Below, one piece after another: positions 36,540 to 47,102 of a stretch of DNA of 64,000 nt. How positions within the stretch are numbered: position 1 is the stretch's first letter; each line of letters starts with the position of its first letter. The stretch spans positions 1-64,000 of the forward strand of contig QPMI01000088.1 in assembly GCA_004431415.1 (NCBI GenBank), written 5' to 3'. Both the position numbers and the translations under genes were made by a program. The notes under the pieces were generated by a model. That model was not told where the DNA came from, made no database searches, and saw only the letters and a program-made list of their open reading frames with translations. This DNA is from Cyanophora paradoxa CCMP329 (Eukaryota; Plantae; Glaucophyta).

Positions 36540-38262
36540 CTTGTGTAGGGGCGTTGCGTAGACTCGGGGTCGATCTTCCGATCTCGACCTCCGCCCCGCC
36601 CGCACAGTGTCCGCCCCGCCCGCCGGCCCAGCTGCAGCAAGTGCCGCCCAGGGTCCGCTCGAAAGGTGATCCTGGGGACGGGCGTCAGCCGAGGCCGCGC
36701 GCGCTGAGGCTGGGTAGCACAAGCTGCAGCGGGGGTAGCGGAGTGGGGCTCGGCGTCTTGCGACTGTCCTGCGCTGAGCGCGGGCTGTCGGTGAAGGCCG
36801 CGACAGGGGGGGGGGGGGGGAAGGGGTACCAGGGGCTCAGTGGGACAATAAGGACAGTAAAAGCTGCAGTGGGGGCAGCAAGCCAACCGGCACGCGGCAC
36901 ACGCCGGCGCGCTAGAGGCTTCTCTAGGTTCAGATCTAAACCGCCATTCGGCACGCGGCACACGCCGGCGCGCAAGCAGCTTCTCTAGGTAAGGATCTGG
37001 ACCACCAATCGGCACGCGGCACACGCCGGCGCGCTAGAGGCTTGTGTAGGGGAACTTGTGTAGGGGCTTTGCGTAGACTCGGGGTCGATCTTCCGATCTC
37101 GACCTCCGCCCCGCCCGCACAGTGTCCGCCCCGCCCGCCGGCCCAGCTGCAGCAAGTGCCGCCCAGGGTCCGCTCGAAAGGTGATCCTGGGGACGGGGGT
37201 CAGCCGAGGCCGCGCGCGCTGAGGCTGGGTAGCACAAGCTGCAGCGGGGGTAGCGGAGTGGGGCTCGGCGTCTTGCGACTGTCCTGCGCTGAGCGCGGGC
37301 TGTCGGTGAAGGCCGCGACAGGGGGGGGGAGGGGGAAGGGGGTACCAGGGGCTCAGTGGGACAATAAGGACAGTAAAAGCTGCAGTGGGGGCAGCAAGCC
37401 AAACGGCACGCGGCACACGCCGGCGCGCTAGAGGCTTCTCTAGGTTCAGATCTAAACCGCCATTCGGCACGCGGCACACGCCGGCGCGCAAGCAGCTTCT
37501 CTAGGTAAGGATCTGGGCCACCAATCGGCACGCGGCACACGCCGGCGCGCTAGAGGCTTGTGTAGGGGAACTTGTGTAGGGGCTTTGCGTAGACTCGGGG
37601 TCGATCTTCCGATCTCGACCTCCGCCCCGCCCGCACAGTGTCCGCCCCGCCCGCCGGCCCAGCTGCAGCAAGTGCCGCCCAGGGTCCGCTCGAAAGGTGA
37701 TCCTGGGGACGGGGGTCAGCCGAGGCCGCGCGCGCTGAGGCTGGGTAGCACAAGCTGCAGCGGGGGTAGCGGAGTGGGGCTCGGCGTCTTGCGACTGTCC
37801 TGCGCTGAGCGCGGGCTGTCGGTGAAGGCCGCGACAGGGGGGGGGAGGGGGAAGGGGGTACCAGGGGCTCAGTGGGACAATAAGGACAGTAAAAGCTGCA
37901 GTGGGGGCAGCAAGCCAAACGGCACGCGGCACACGCCGGCGCGCTAGAGGCTTCTCTAGGTTCAGATCTAAACCGCCATTCGGCACGCGGCACACGCCGG
38001 CGCGCAAGCAGCTTCTCTAGGTAAGGATCTGGGCCACCAATCGGCACGCGGCACACGCCGGCGCGCTAGAGGCTTGTGTAGGGGAACTTGTGTAGGGGCT
38101 TTGCGTAGACTCGGGGTCGATCTTCCGATCTCGACCTCCGCCCCGCCCGCACAGTGTCCGCCCCGCCCGCCGGCCCAGCTGCAGCAAGTGCCGCCCAGGG
38201 TCCGCTCGAAAGGTGATCCTGGGGACGGGGGTCAGGCGAGGCCGCGCGCGCCGAGGCTGGGC
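36540..38262 (+). repeat. 516-bp tandem repeat, ~3.3 near-identical copies, containing sub-repeats related to the 67-bp unit; diverged relative at ~35540-35990
   Basis: Identical ORF starts at 37042, 37558 and 38074. Each unit holds three GGCACGCGGCACACGCCGGCGCGC motifs similar to the 67-bp unit. Confidence 0.95.
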
Positions 38263-38298
38263 TCAGACGGCGCGGACCTCGGGCCCTCCGCGAGGTGC

Positions 38299-40206
38299 CT
38301 AGAAGGCCCGGATCCAGCGGGGCCGGCGCTCCTCCTCAGGGACGAGGCCGGCCTTGAGCGCCCGCACTTCGCGGCTGTACTTCTGCCGCCTCCACTCCTC
38401 CTCCTTCTCCCCGTTTGCCAGGTTCGACATCATGACGACGCGCATTTCCGCCTCGTACTCGTCCGAGCCCTCCGTCATCTTCGCCTCGGGCGCCTCGGCC
38501 GCCTCGGCCGCGCAGGCGGGGGCCGGCTCCTCCACGCCGCTGCGGGAGGGCTCAGCGCGGCGCCCTCGATCGGGGGCAGAGGGGGGCGGACCTCTCGCTG
38601 GAAGGCGGGGCCGCAGCCGCGAGGGGCGCCGGCTCCGCGCCGAGCTCGACCACGGCGGCCTTGTCGCCGGCCTCCGACTCGGAGCTGCTCTCCTCGTCGA
38701 CCGGCGCCGCCGCCGCGCGCTCCGCCTCCAGCGCCTCGGGCCGCTCGCAGCGTCGACCGGCGCCGCCGCCGCGCGCTCCGCCTCCAGCGCCTCGGGGCCG
38801 CTCTCGGCGTCGACCGGCGCCGCGGCGGCGCGCTCCGCCTCCAGCGCCTCGGAGCCGCTCGCAGCGTCGACCGGCGCCGCGGCGGCGGCAGCAGACTTGT
38901 TCTTGGCGGCGGCCATCAGCAGGTCGTACTTGTCGTCCGAGCCGAGGTCCTCCTCGTCGTCACTCGCGTCCGCCGGCGCCTTCTCTGTCCAGAGGGCGGC
39001 GATCTCGACGGAGGCGACGGGGGGCGCGGAGAAGCAGCTGAAGAGGGACGCGAAGAAGGAGTCGACGGCGAACTCGGCGGCGACGGCGACGGGGCGGTCC
39101 CCGGCCCGCGCGGGGCACGCCGCCCACACGCGGCCCCGCGTCCGCTTGCTGCCGAAGGCGGTCTCGCCGCGCCGGGCGCAGGCGAACTCCTTGTTCACCT
39201 CGGCGGTGACGACGAGCTCGCCACCGCGCAGCGCCACCGTGTAGCGCGCGCCCGAGCCGCTGTACGCCATGGCCTGGAGGCCGTGGTCGGCGGAGAAGCC
39301 GGCCGCCTCGGAGGCCGCCTCGGACTTGTAGATGGCTTCGGTGGCGACAATGGAGAGCGACTGCTGGCAGCAGGACGTCGCGTCCAGGAGGGCCTGGTCG
39401 CTCACGCCGAGCACCTCCGCCAGCACCGTCGCCACCAGCGCCGCCTGCCCCGCCCCCGTCAGCTGCTGCGGCCGGCGCGAGGCGGCGAGCGGCGCTCGCC
39501 TTCACGGTCGGATCGCTGATCGAGGCGAGAGGCATGGTCGCGCGCCGCTCCTCGCCCTTGGCGAAGAAGTCGATCTCGAAGTCGCTCGTTCCGGCCGGCG
39601 GGGCCTTGGCCGCGAGGCGGGCGGTGAGCTCCGCCGCCTCCTCCGCCTTGCCCTTGGCCGCGAGGGCGCGCAGCGTCTCGAGCTCGGAGAGAACGCGGCC
39701 GCAGCTGACCTTCAGCATCTGCGCGCAGGGCGTGTCGGCGGCGGGGCGGCGGGGGCGGGGGCGGGGCGCGCGCACGTCGCCGATGTCAGCGCGGCCCTCG
39801 CTCGCGAACATCTCCTGCAGCTGCGTGGCCTCGCTCTGGATCTCGGCGTCGACGAGGCGACGCGGAGCAACGTGCCGCCGCGTGCGAGCCGCCTCGAGCT
39901 CCAGCAGCTCCACCGGCTGCTCCGGCGCCGCGCGGGGCGCCGGATCGCTCGAGAACATCGACAGGAGCTTGTCGAAGACCTGCGCGACGCCGGAAGTCAG
40001 ATCACGGTCCTCGCAATTCACGAGATTCGCCGAGGTCCGCTGAGCGTCTTCTGACGCGCGGGCGGCCCCGAAAACCGGGTAGAAAGCATCTAGAGCGCGC
40101 GCGAGGGCGTAAAATCGGCAGAAGCGCGCACCGGCTTCTCGGAGGCAACGTCGGCGGAGGACGGGACGATCTTGGCGTCGGGGATAGTGCGGAAGAAAGA
40201 AAACAT
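38299..40206 (-). CDS. Hypothetical multi-exon protein with three 60-bp repeats (AAAPVDAxSGxEALEAER) near the C-terminus
   Basis: Strong GC3 codon bias in ORFs 38299-39435 and 38960-40021, with short introns. ATG candidate at 40206, probably with indel errors. No family recognised. Confidence 0.65.
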
Positions 40207-40415
40207 CTTGTTTATCGCTTGGTAAAGCAGGGGAACTTTTCGTTCGGTTTTAGCCTGAACGGAAAGTGAGCCCAGTTAGTGTAGCCCCCCCAGGGCCGGG
40301 GTACCGCGGGAGCAGGCGGGGGGAGGGACGCCCGGGCGGTTGCTAACCGCGCAATTAACGGTTACGGCCGGATTCGAAAGCTCTAGGGACTGTACCCCCC
40401 TGCCCGCACAAAAGC

Positions 40416-41940
40416 TCACCGCATGCAGGGAGGGTCCGCGGCCGGCGTGTGGAGGTCGTCAACCGGCGTTCTAGATGCGGATCTGTCAACCGGCGCGCCG
40501 CCCTGCAAGCGATTACGTACCTCAGAGCAGAAGTCGTAACCGCGCAGCGTCGCGCGACGAGCCTGGTGTTGCGGCGGTCCGCGAGCGTCCGAGGCGCTGC
40601 GGAGATTTAGATGGTCCCGGGCGTGCGCTTGGCGGCCCCGTCGCAGGCGTGGCGCACGTCGCGTCGACTGATCTTCGACTCGTCCCCAAGGCGCGCCACG
40701 CCCGTGCGTATATCGCTCTCCGCTGCGGGAGAGGTCAGAGCTGATCGCGAGGGCGCGCTGCCAGGCTACGAACCTCCGAACTCCGAATCCGTGCTCGAGC
40801 GGAAGCGCGCATGGACGGCGCGTCGGCCATGGGCCGGGCGGGCGCCGGCGCCGAGCTGTAAACGTAGCTTGAATGCAGATGAGAAGATTCAAGAGGAAAA
40901 ACGAGAGCTCGAGGGGGCAGGAGAGGAGAGATTTATAGAAGCCATGAAGACCTCGAGGGAACGAGCTAGAGAAAAGATCGATATATCTAGAGACGGCGGA
41001 GACCACTCTAGGCATCTCCAGGGGGAAAGAGGGAGAACCTACTTAAGCGAGATGCTTACACTTAACGACGCAGTCATGATCAGCGTGGCTCGGGGGCCCG
41101 GGGCTGCGCCGCCTGCGCGCTTGACTCACTCAGGCGGCCGGGCGGCGGGCGGTCGCCGAAGGGCGGCGTCTCTGGGCGGAATAAGCTGCTGACAGTCCGA
41201 GAGCACGAGAGCAGTTTACCTTAGCGCGCCCCAGAACTTCGGAAGACCTTCTGCAGTTCCGCCCCGCCCGGTCATGTAAGCGCCTGGCCTTCTCCAAACT
41301 CTTGTGATCTGGAGGGCCTGGGGTTTGAGCGGGGGTAGTCCGGGGGTAATTGGCGAAGCGTTACCTTGGCATGGGGTGGGTATTCTGTTCGGCTGGCAAA
41401 TCAGCCCGCACGACCGTCGGACGATGCCATGATGACAGGTAAGAAACAAGGTCGGCACGCGTGAACGTACCGATGCCCTTCGCAGGCCGCACGAGGGGAC
41501 TGTCATTGTCTCCATGATACGGACGCATCCGGGCCGATGAGCTCGCGCATCGATAAACTCAGGCTTCCGGCGCGCCAGCGTTCGACGGTCGATCTAGAGT
41601 CGCGATAGACAGAGCCGCGGCGTCAGCCAGCGCGCATAACGAACGCATTTATCGCTCGATGAGGATGCTTTGATGTGCTTCCAAAGTCCGGAGCACAGGT
41701 GCAGTCCCGCGCTTCGCCGGCAGTTAAAAAACGGACACTGTGACCTGCGCGCTTCGGACAGTCCGATGGTCAGACGAGTACAGGTGGAAGGCAGTGTACC
41801 GACTACGCACCTAGGGTCAACGGTCAAAAGCGCTGAACCAGGCGGGCTGACCGAGGAGGAGCCAGAGACCGCAGCGAGCTGGTTTCGTCCCTACGCGAGC
41901 ATGCAAACTGGGCGGCGCGAAGCTGCAGGACCGGAATGAC
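40416..41940 (-). other. Possible weakly conserved or degraded spliced gene
   Basis: Minus-strand intron-like segments, e.g. a pyrimidine-rich GT...TTTACAG at ~41043-40856 and GTGCGT...GCGCAG at ~41810-41745. No recognisable protein. Confidence 0.2.
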
Positions 41941-42443
41941 TACATTTTCGCGGCAGAGAGCGCCGCGCTGCATTGTCCGAGGAGCTCGCGCTCGGCAGAA
42001 AAAAAGCTTGGGAGTGTCTACCCCGGATGCTTCCCTATGGACCCGATCTCTGCGCGCCGCAGCGCATACGTATGCGTATACGTATACGTAATCGTACGCG
42101 TGCCCGACCGACCGTACGCGTGGTCGCCGGCGCCGGGCGCCGGGCCTGGGGCCGTGTCGCCGTCGCGACCATACTGGCATATGCATGATCATGATCAGCG
42201 CTGGCACTACGTACTAGGCTAGCTGTAGCCCCGCCAACCGGCGGGCAGCGAGCTAGCGCTATAGCGCTCCAGTCTTTAACGCCCTTCGAATTCCACACAC
42301 TTGGCGCGCAGCTCCAGCCGTCTCGCTCTTTGGCCATGGGAACCGCGAATTCGAAGTCGAAATGGCTATGGTTCATGATTGTTGCAGTGTGCTCAAGGTG
42401 CAGGCTACGCGTAACCTAACTAAGCCGAGGCGGGCGCCCGGCA

Positions 42444-44908
42444 CTAGTCGAGGCCGTCGAGGTCCTTGGCCTCGTGGCCGGCCTCGGGGAGCTCCTCGAT
42501 CAGCACGCGCCGCCGCGGCCGCGAGGCCAACGCCACGTCGAAGAGCCGCTCGATCGCGCCGCCCTCCTCCGCCTTAAAAGCCGGGGCCGGGGCCGGGGCT
42601 GGGGCCGGGGCCGTCCGCTTGGGGGCGGTGCCCCACGAGTCGTGCCGCGACTCGCCCTCCTCGGCGATCTCGAGGAACTGGGGGCGGGCCGCCGTGCGCG
42701 CGGGCGCCTCCTCCGCCTCCGGCTCCGGCTCGGGGGCGCCGAAGCGGGAGGCCTCGCGCTCCTCCTCGAAGCGGCGCCACTCCGCCTCCGAGAGGCGCAC
42801 GGGCGCCGCCGCCTGCGCCCGCGGCGCCTCCACGTCCCCCGCCCCGCGGCCCTGCCCCAGCAGCCGGAAGATGTCCGCTGGCGACTGCGGCACCGCCGCC
42901 GCCGCCGCCGCGGGCGCCTCGTCCACGTCCTCCACGTCCTCCACCTCCACGATCGCCATCCGGTTCGGCTTGCGCCCCGCGGGGGACGCGGCGGGGGCGG
43001 GGGCCGCCGGGGCGGGGGCCGCGGGGGAGGCCGCGGGGGCCTCCCCGGCCTCCTCCACGTCCTGCACCTCCTCGATGATCATACGGTTCGGCTTCCGCCC
43101 CGCGCCGCCGGCGCGGCCCGGGGCTCGCCGGGGGAGGCGGCGGCGGGGGCCTCGGGGGCGGCGGGCGCCGGCTCCGGGGCGGGGGAGGGGGCGGCGGAGC
43201 GCTCGGCGGGGGCCTCCTCGTCGTCGCGGTCGCTGGCCCCATCGGAGGCGGGGGCGGCGTCGCCGACGGAAGCAGCGCCGACGGAGGTGCCGGCGCGGTC
43301 GGTGAGGTGGCGGTCCGAGGAGGCCCCGTCCGAGTCGTGCGTCGAGCTGCCCTCCTCCTCCTCGTCCTCCAGGTCCGGCACGTCCCCCCAGAAGACGTCC
43401 TTCTCCTCTGCCGGCCGGTCCACGAACCGCCGCGGCGGCGCCGCCGCCGCCGCCCCCGCCGCCTGCTCCGTCTCCTCCTCCTCGTCGTCGCCCTGCGCCG
43501 CCGGGCTCAGCCCGACGGGGGAGGGAGGCAAGCGGGGGGCGGGTCGGGCGCACGAGCTCCTCGATGATGGTGCGGCGGGGCTCGGGCAGCCGGACCGAGT
43601 TGCGCACGGGCGGCAGGCTCTCGTCCGCCGCCTCAGGCTCCTCCGCCACCACCGCGACGGGGCGCAGCGGCTCCTCCGACACTCCCGCCTCCTTCCGCTT
43701 CTCCTCCGCCGTCGCCCGCAGCTTCCGCAGGTCTGCGCTCCCGTCCGTGAGACGAGGGCTGGCGGAGGCCCCTCCCACGGCCGCCGGGGCGTACAATCGA
43801 AGTTGCGGCGGTCGCGCGCGGCCTCCTCCTCGCGCTGCCGCACGCGCTCCTGCTTCTCCGCTTCGATCCCGCCGCGGCCCCTGCCTGCGCGTCAGGCGGC
43901 CGCCGCGGAGGCGGGTGGATCTCCACGCGGCGCGAACCAGGCCTCAGCCAGCAGGCGCTCGTTGTCGAAGACGGGCCTGTCGTCCAGGTACTTCAGGTTC
44001 TGCGCTCCGGGCGTCAGGCGAGCGGCCAAATAACGAGGGAAAAGGAATCCACGCGCCTTCAGGCGGATGGTGAGGGTCTTCCGGTAGTGGTCAATCTTGT
44101 TGCACACCTGCCGCATCCCCGGCGTAAGCGAGGAGGCTGAGCACCCGCAAAGAATGGCGGGGCGTGCCTCGTTTCCGTTCAGGTGGAGGACGGAGAGGTT
44201 CGGCATGCGCTCAAGCACGTCGAGCACGCGCGGGTCGCTGAGCTTGTTGTGCGAGATGTCGAGCACCCTGCGTGGGTTCTCCCAGCGTCAAGGCACGAAG
44301 CGAGGGCCGCCGCCCTCTCGCACGGACGCACGAGATGGACGGGCACTCCAGCAGGCCCTCGAGCGCCTCCGGCGTCTCAAGGTTGTTGTGCGATAGCAGC
44401 AGCGTCTTCAGGTTGGTAAGAGGCGCTAGGTTCTCGATCTGTTCGATCTGCGCGGAGCCCGAAGGACACTTCAGCAGAGCACGGCGGCGGAGGATGTAGG
44501 AGCGAACCAGGTTGTTGCAGAGATTCAGCTGGTCCAGATTCACATTGCTATCCAGGTTCTCGATCTTCTCGATGCAGTTCTGCTGCAGGTACCTGCAGCG
44601 CGTCGTCAGCTCAGCGCTTTGGCGGGCAAGCAACCCCGGGAACGCACAGGCAGCGCAGCTCAACCTGCTTCTCGAGGCCGCTGATGGCATTCAAACCATT
44701 GCCCTCCAGCCAAAGCGCCCGAAGCCCGGTGTACGGCTCCAGGTTCTTGACCTCGGTGAAACCTGGCCGGGCGTCAGGCGCGGCCGCCGGCGGCCGCTGG
44801 CGCATGCGGACCCTTGAAATGCAGGTAGAGCTTGTCATTGATGGCGGGCGTGATGTACAGCTTCTGCTCCTTGCAGAGCTGCTTAAGGACAGCCGGTGTC
44901 ATCTCCAT
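42444..44908 (-). CDS. DNAAF1: Dynein axonemal assembly factor 1 (LRRC50/ODA7 homolog)
   Basis: Spliced [34 protein letters not shown]...[16 protein letters not shown]...[13 protein letters not shown]...[31 protein letters not shown] is the diagnostic LRR-LRRcap of DNAAF1. The C-terminal half is low complexity with probable indel errors. Confidence 0.93.
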
Positions 44909-45106
44909 GGCTGCGGTGTCGCCTCCCTGGCGCGCACGGCTCGGCTTCTGGTTGATGTAGCTACCGTGGGGCAGCGGCTGGCGGCGGCTGGCGGCGCTCT
45001 GATGGCTGCTTTCCGCAGAGCTTAAAAATACGAGGCGGCCGAATTGTACCCCCTTGCACGGCGTCGGGTTCGACTCCAGGCGGGTTTCGTGGTGGATACT
45101 TCGGCC
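44909..45106. promoter_or_regulatory. Short divergent intergenic region (putative bidirectional promoter), DNAAF1/AKR
   Basis: 198 bp between opposed start codons; contains TGTACCCC (45045) and the B-box-like GGTTCGACTCC (45067-45077). Confidence 0.55.
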
Positions 45107-47001
45107 ATGGCGTCGTTCGTAGCACCCGCAGCGGCTCCCAGACAGCGCGCGCACAGCGATCTCTCCTCACATGCATGGCTAGCACCAGCGAGGCAAGGCC
45201 CCTCGCGAACCCAGCTGCCAGCACGGGAGGCGCAGCGCGGGACGGTGATGGCGTCAGAGGTCAGGAAATTCAAAGTGAAAGAGGTTGAGGGCGCCCCGCC
45301 GGCGTCGTGGGAGCCCCAGGTTGACTACGTGTACGACCCGCCCAACCCAAAGCACAAGCTCTTCCCGCAGCTGAAGGAAAACGTTGACGGCGTTGAGATA
45401 TTCTGTCCCAGCAAGCTTGCGATCGGCCTCTCAGCGATGGGGCGCCCTGGCTACATGACGCTCAACCACGCTCGCGATCTTCAGCGGAAGTACGACGACG
45501 AGTCCATGCAGGAGAACATGTTCGCTGTCCTTGACGCCGCCTGGGTCAACGGTGCGCTTTTCTGCGTTTCCGCACACCGCAGCTAGATCTGGCCCCTCAC
45601 GCTCGTGTGCGCCCTAGGTGTCCGGCTCTTCGACACGGGGCGTGCGGACGCGTACGCGGAATACTGGATGCGCGACTGGATCGTCTCTAGATTCGTGCCG
45701 CGGGGTGCGTCAACAGGCTTGACGGGTCGCGCGATGCCCGCTGCGCTTGCATGCGGGTGCTTCGAATTCGCCCGACGCTCATGCGCTACCGCAGATCAAA
45801 CAATAGTCGCTTCGAAGTGGGGCAAGACATACATGGCGGACGGGAAGGTCAAGTGCCGAGTGCACGAGTCGACCGATTACTCCCTGCGGGCGCTGCGGGC
45901 ACAGGTGCGGGCTCCCTACGCGCCCGAGCGGGGTGCGGCCCGAACGATCGCGGCAGCACCACACGAGCGACATGATCTGCGGCGAGCTGGGGCTGTACCC
46001 CGCGAACTGGACGATGGGCCTGTGGCAGGTGGACGGCGTGACGTCCGATTGCCCCATCTTCGAGAACAAGGAGGTCCTCGAGGTCCGGCCGCCCTGTCCC
46101 CTGCGCCGCGGGGCGAGCCGTTGCGAGCCGCCGGGGCGCAGGAGCTGCTGCGGTTGAAAGAGACGAAGCGGCTGTTGATCGGCTTGACTGTGACGGGCCC
46201 GAGCCAGGCGGAGGCCATCCGCAAGGCGCTCGACGCGGAGGTCAAGGGCCAGCAGGTGCCGCGATCTGCGAGGGAGGCGGCGGCGGCGGCGGGGCGCCGA
46301 CGGCGGGGCCCCGCGCGCGCAGGTCTTCGACAGCGTGCAGGCGACGTGGAACCTCATGGAGCGCTCCGCGGACGCCGCGCTCGCGGAAGCCAAGCAGGCC
46401 GGCCTCACGTGCGCCCGCCCCGCGCCTCGCGCCCGCGCCCCGCGCCCCGCGCCCCGCTTCCGGCCGGCGGCGGGTCGCCTGAGCGCGTGGGGGCCCGCAG
46501 GGTCATCCTGAAGGAGACGATGGCGAACGGGCGGCTGATCCCACCAACTACGAGGACGACCCCCAGAGCTCCGGCCTGGAGGCGCGCCCGATGCCCCGCC
46601 CTCCCGGCCCCGGGCGGGCCTGGCTGACGCGGGGCAGCCGCTGGAGGCGGCGGCGGCGGCGCTGAGCGTGGGGCCGGACGCGGTGGCCCTCGCGGCGGCG
46701 CTGGAGCACCCCTCGGCGGACTTCGTCCTCTCCGGCGCCGCCAACCTCGAGCAGGTGCCGCCCCGCCCGCCCGCCGCCCCGCCCGGCCGCCCCCTGTGTT
46801 GAGCGCCGGCCGGGGGCGCAGTTCGAGCAGAACCTGAAGGCGCTGGCGCTGCTGGGGGAGACGCGGGGCGAGGCCGGCCCGCGGCGCTTCAAGCGCTCCC
46901 TGCGGGAGCAGCTCGGCGAGGAGGCGTACGGCGCCCTCTCCGCCCTCCAGGAGGACCCCGCCGCCTACTGGGCCACCCACGCCCGCCTCCTCTGGAACTA
47001 G
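45107..47001 (+). CDS. Aldo-keto reductase family protein (bacterial-type subfamily) with putative plastid transit peptide
   Basis: [16 protein letters not shown]...[17 protein letters not shown]...[10 protein letters not shown]...[12 protein letters not shown]...[12 protein letters not shown]...[11 protein letters not shown]...[11 protein letters not shown]; about 8 short introns; N-terminus [11 protein letters not shown]. One probable 1-bp error near 46541. Confidence 0.85.
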
Positions 47002-47102
47002 CCCCGGCTCTCTCTTCTGTTTCGTCTTGCGTTTTGAACCTTCCGCTCTTCTTTCACGCGCCCTGGAGGGGGCCGGGGAGCCCGGGGCGGGGCGGGGGGC
47101 GC

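Noticed and set aside
42230-42256. Helitron 3' end (CCCGCC/GGCGGG hairpin followed by CTAG)
   Set aside because: CTAG is followed by C rather than T, CTAG is very common locally, and no Rep/Hel sequence is visible.
43080-43160. Frameshifts in DNAAF1 (also AKR ~46541, CHD ~58330-58450) as pseudogenisation or programmed frameshifting
   Set aside because: They fall in G/C homopolymer runs in otherwise conserved genes; sequencing error is the simpler explanation.
45015-45090. tRNA gene around GGTTCGACTCC
   Set aside because: The acceptor stem would be mostly wobble pairs, and there is no D-arm or anticodon arm.
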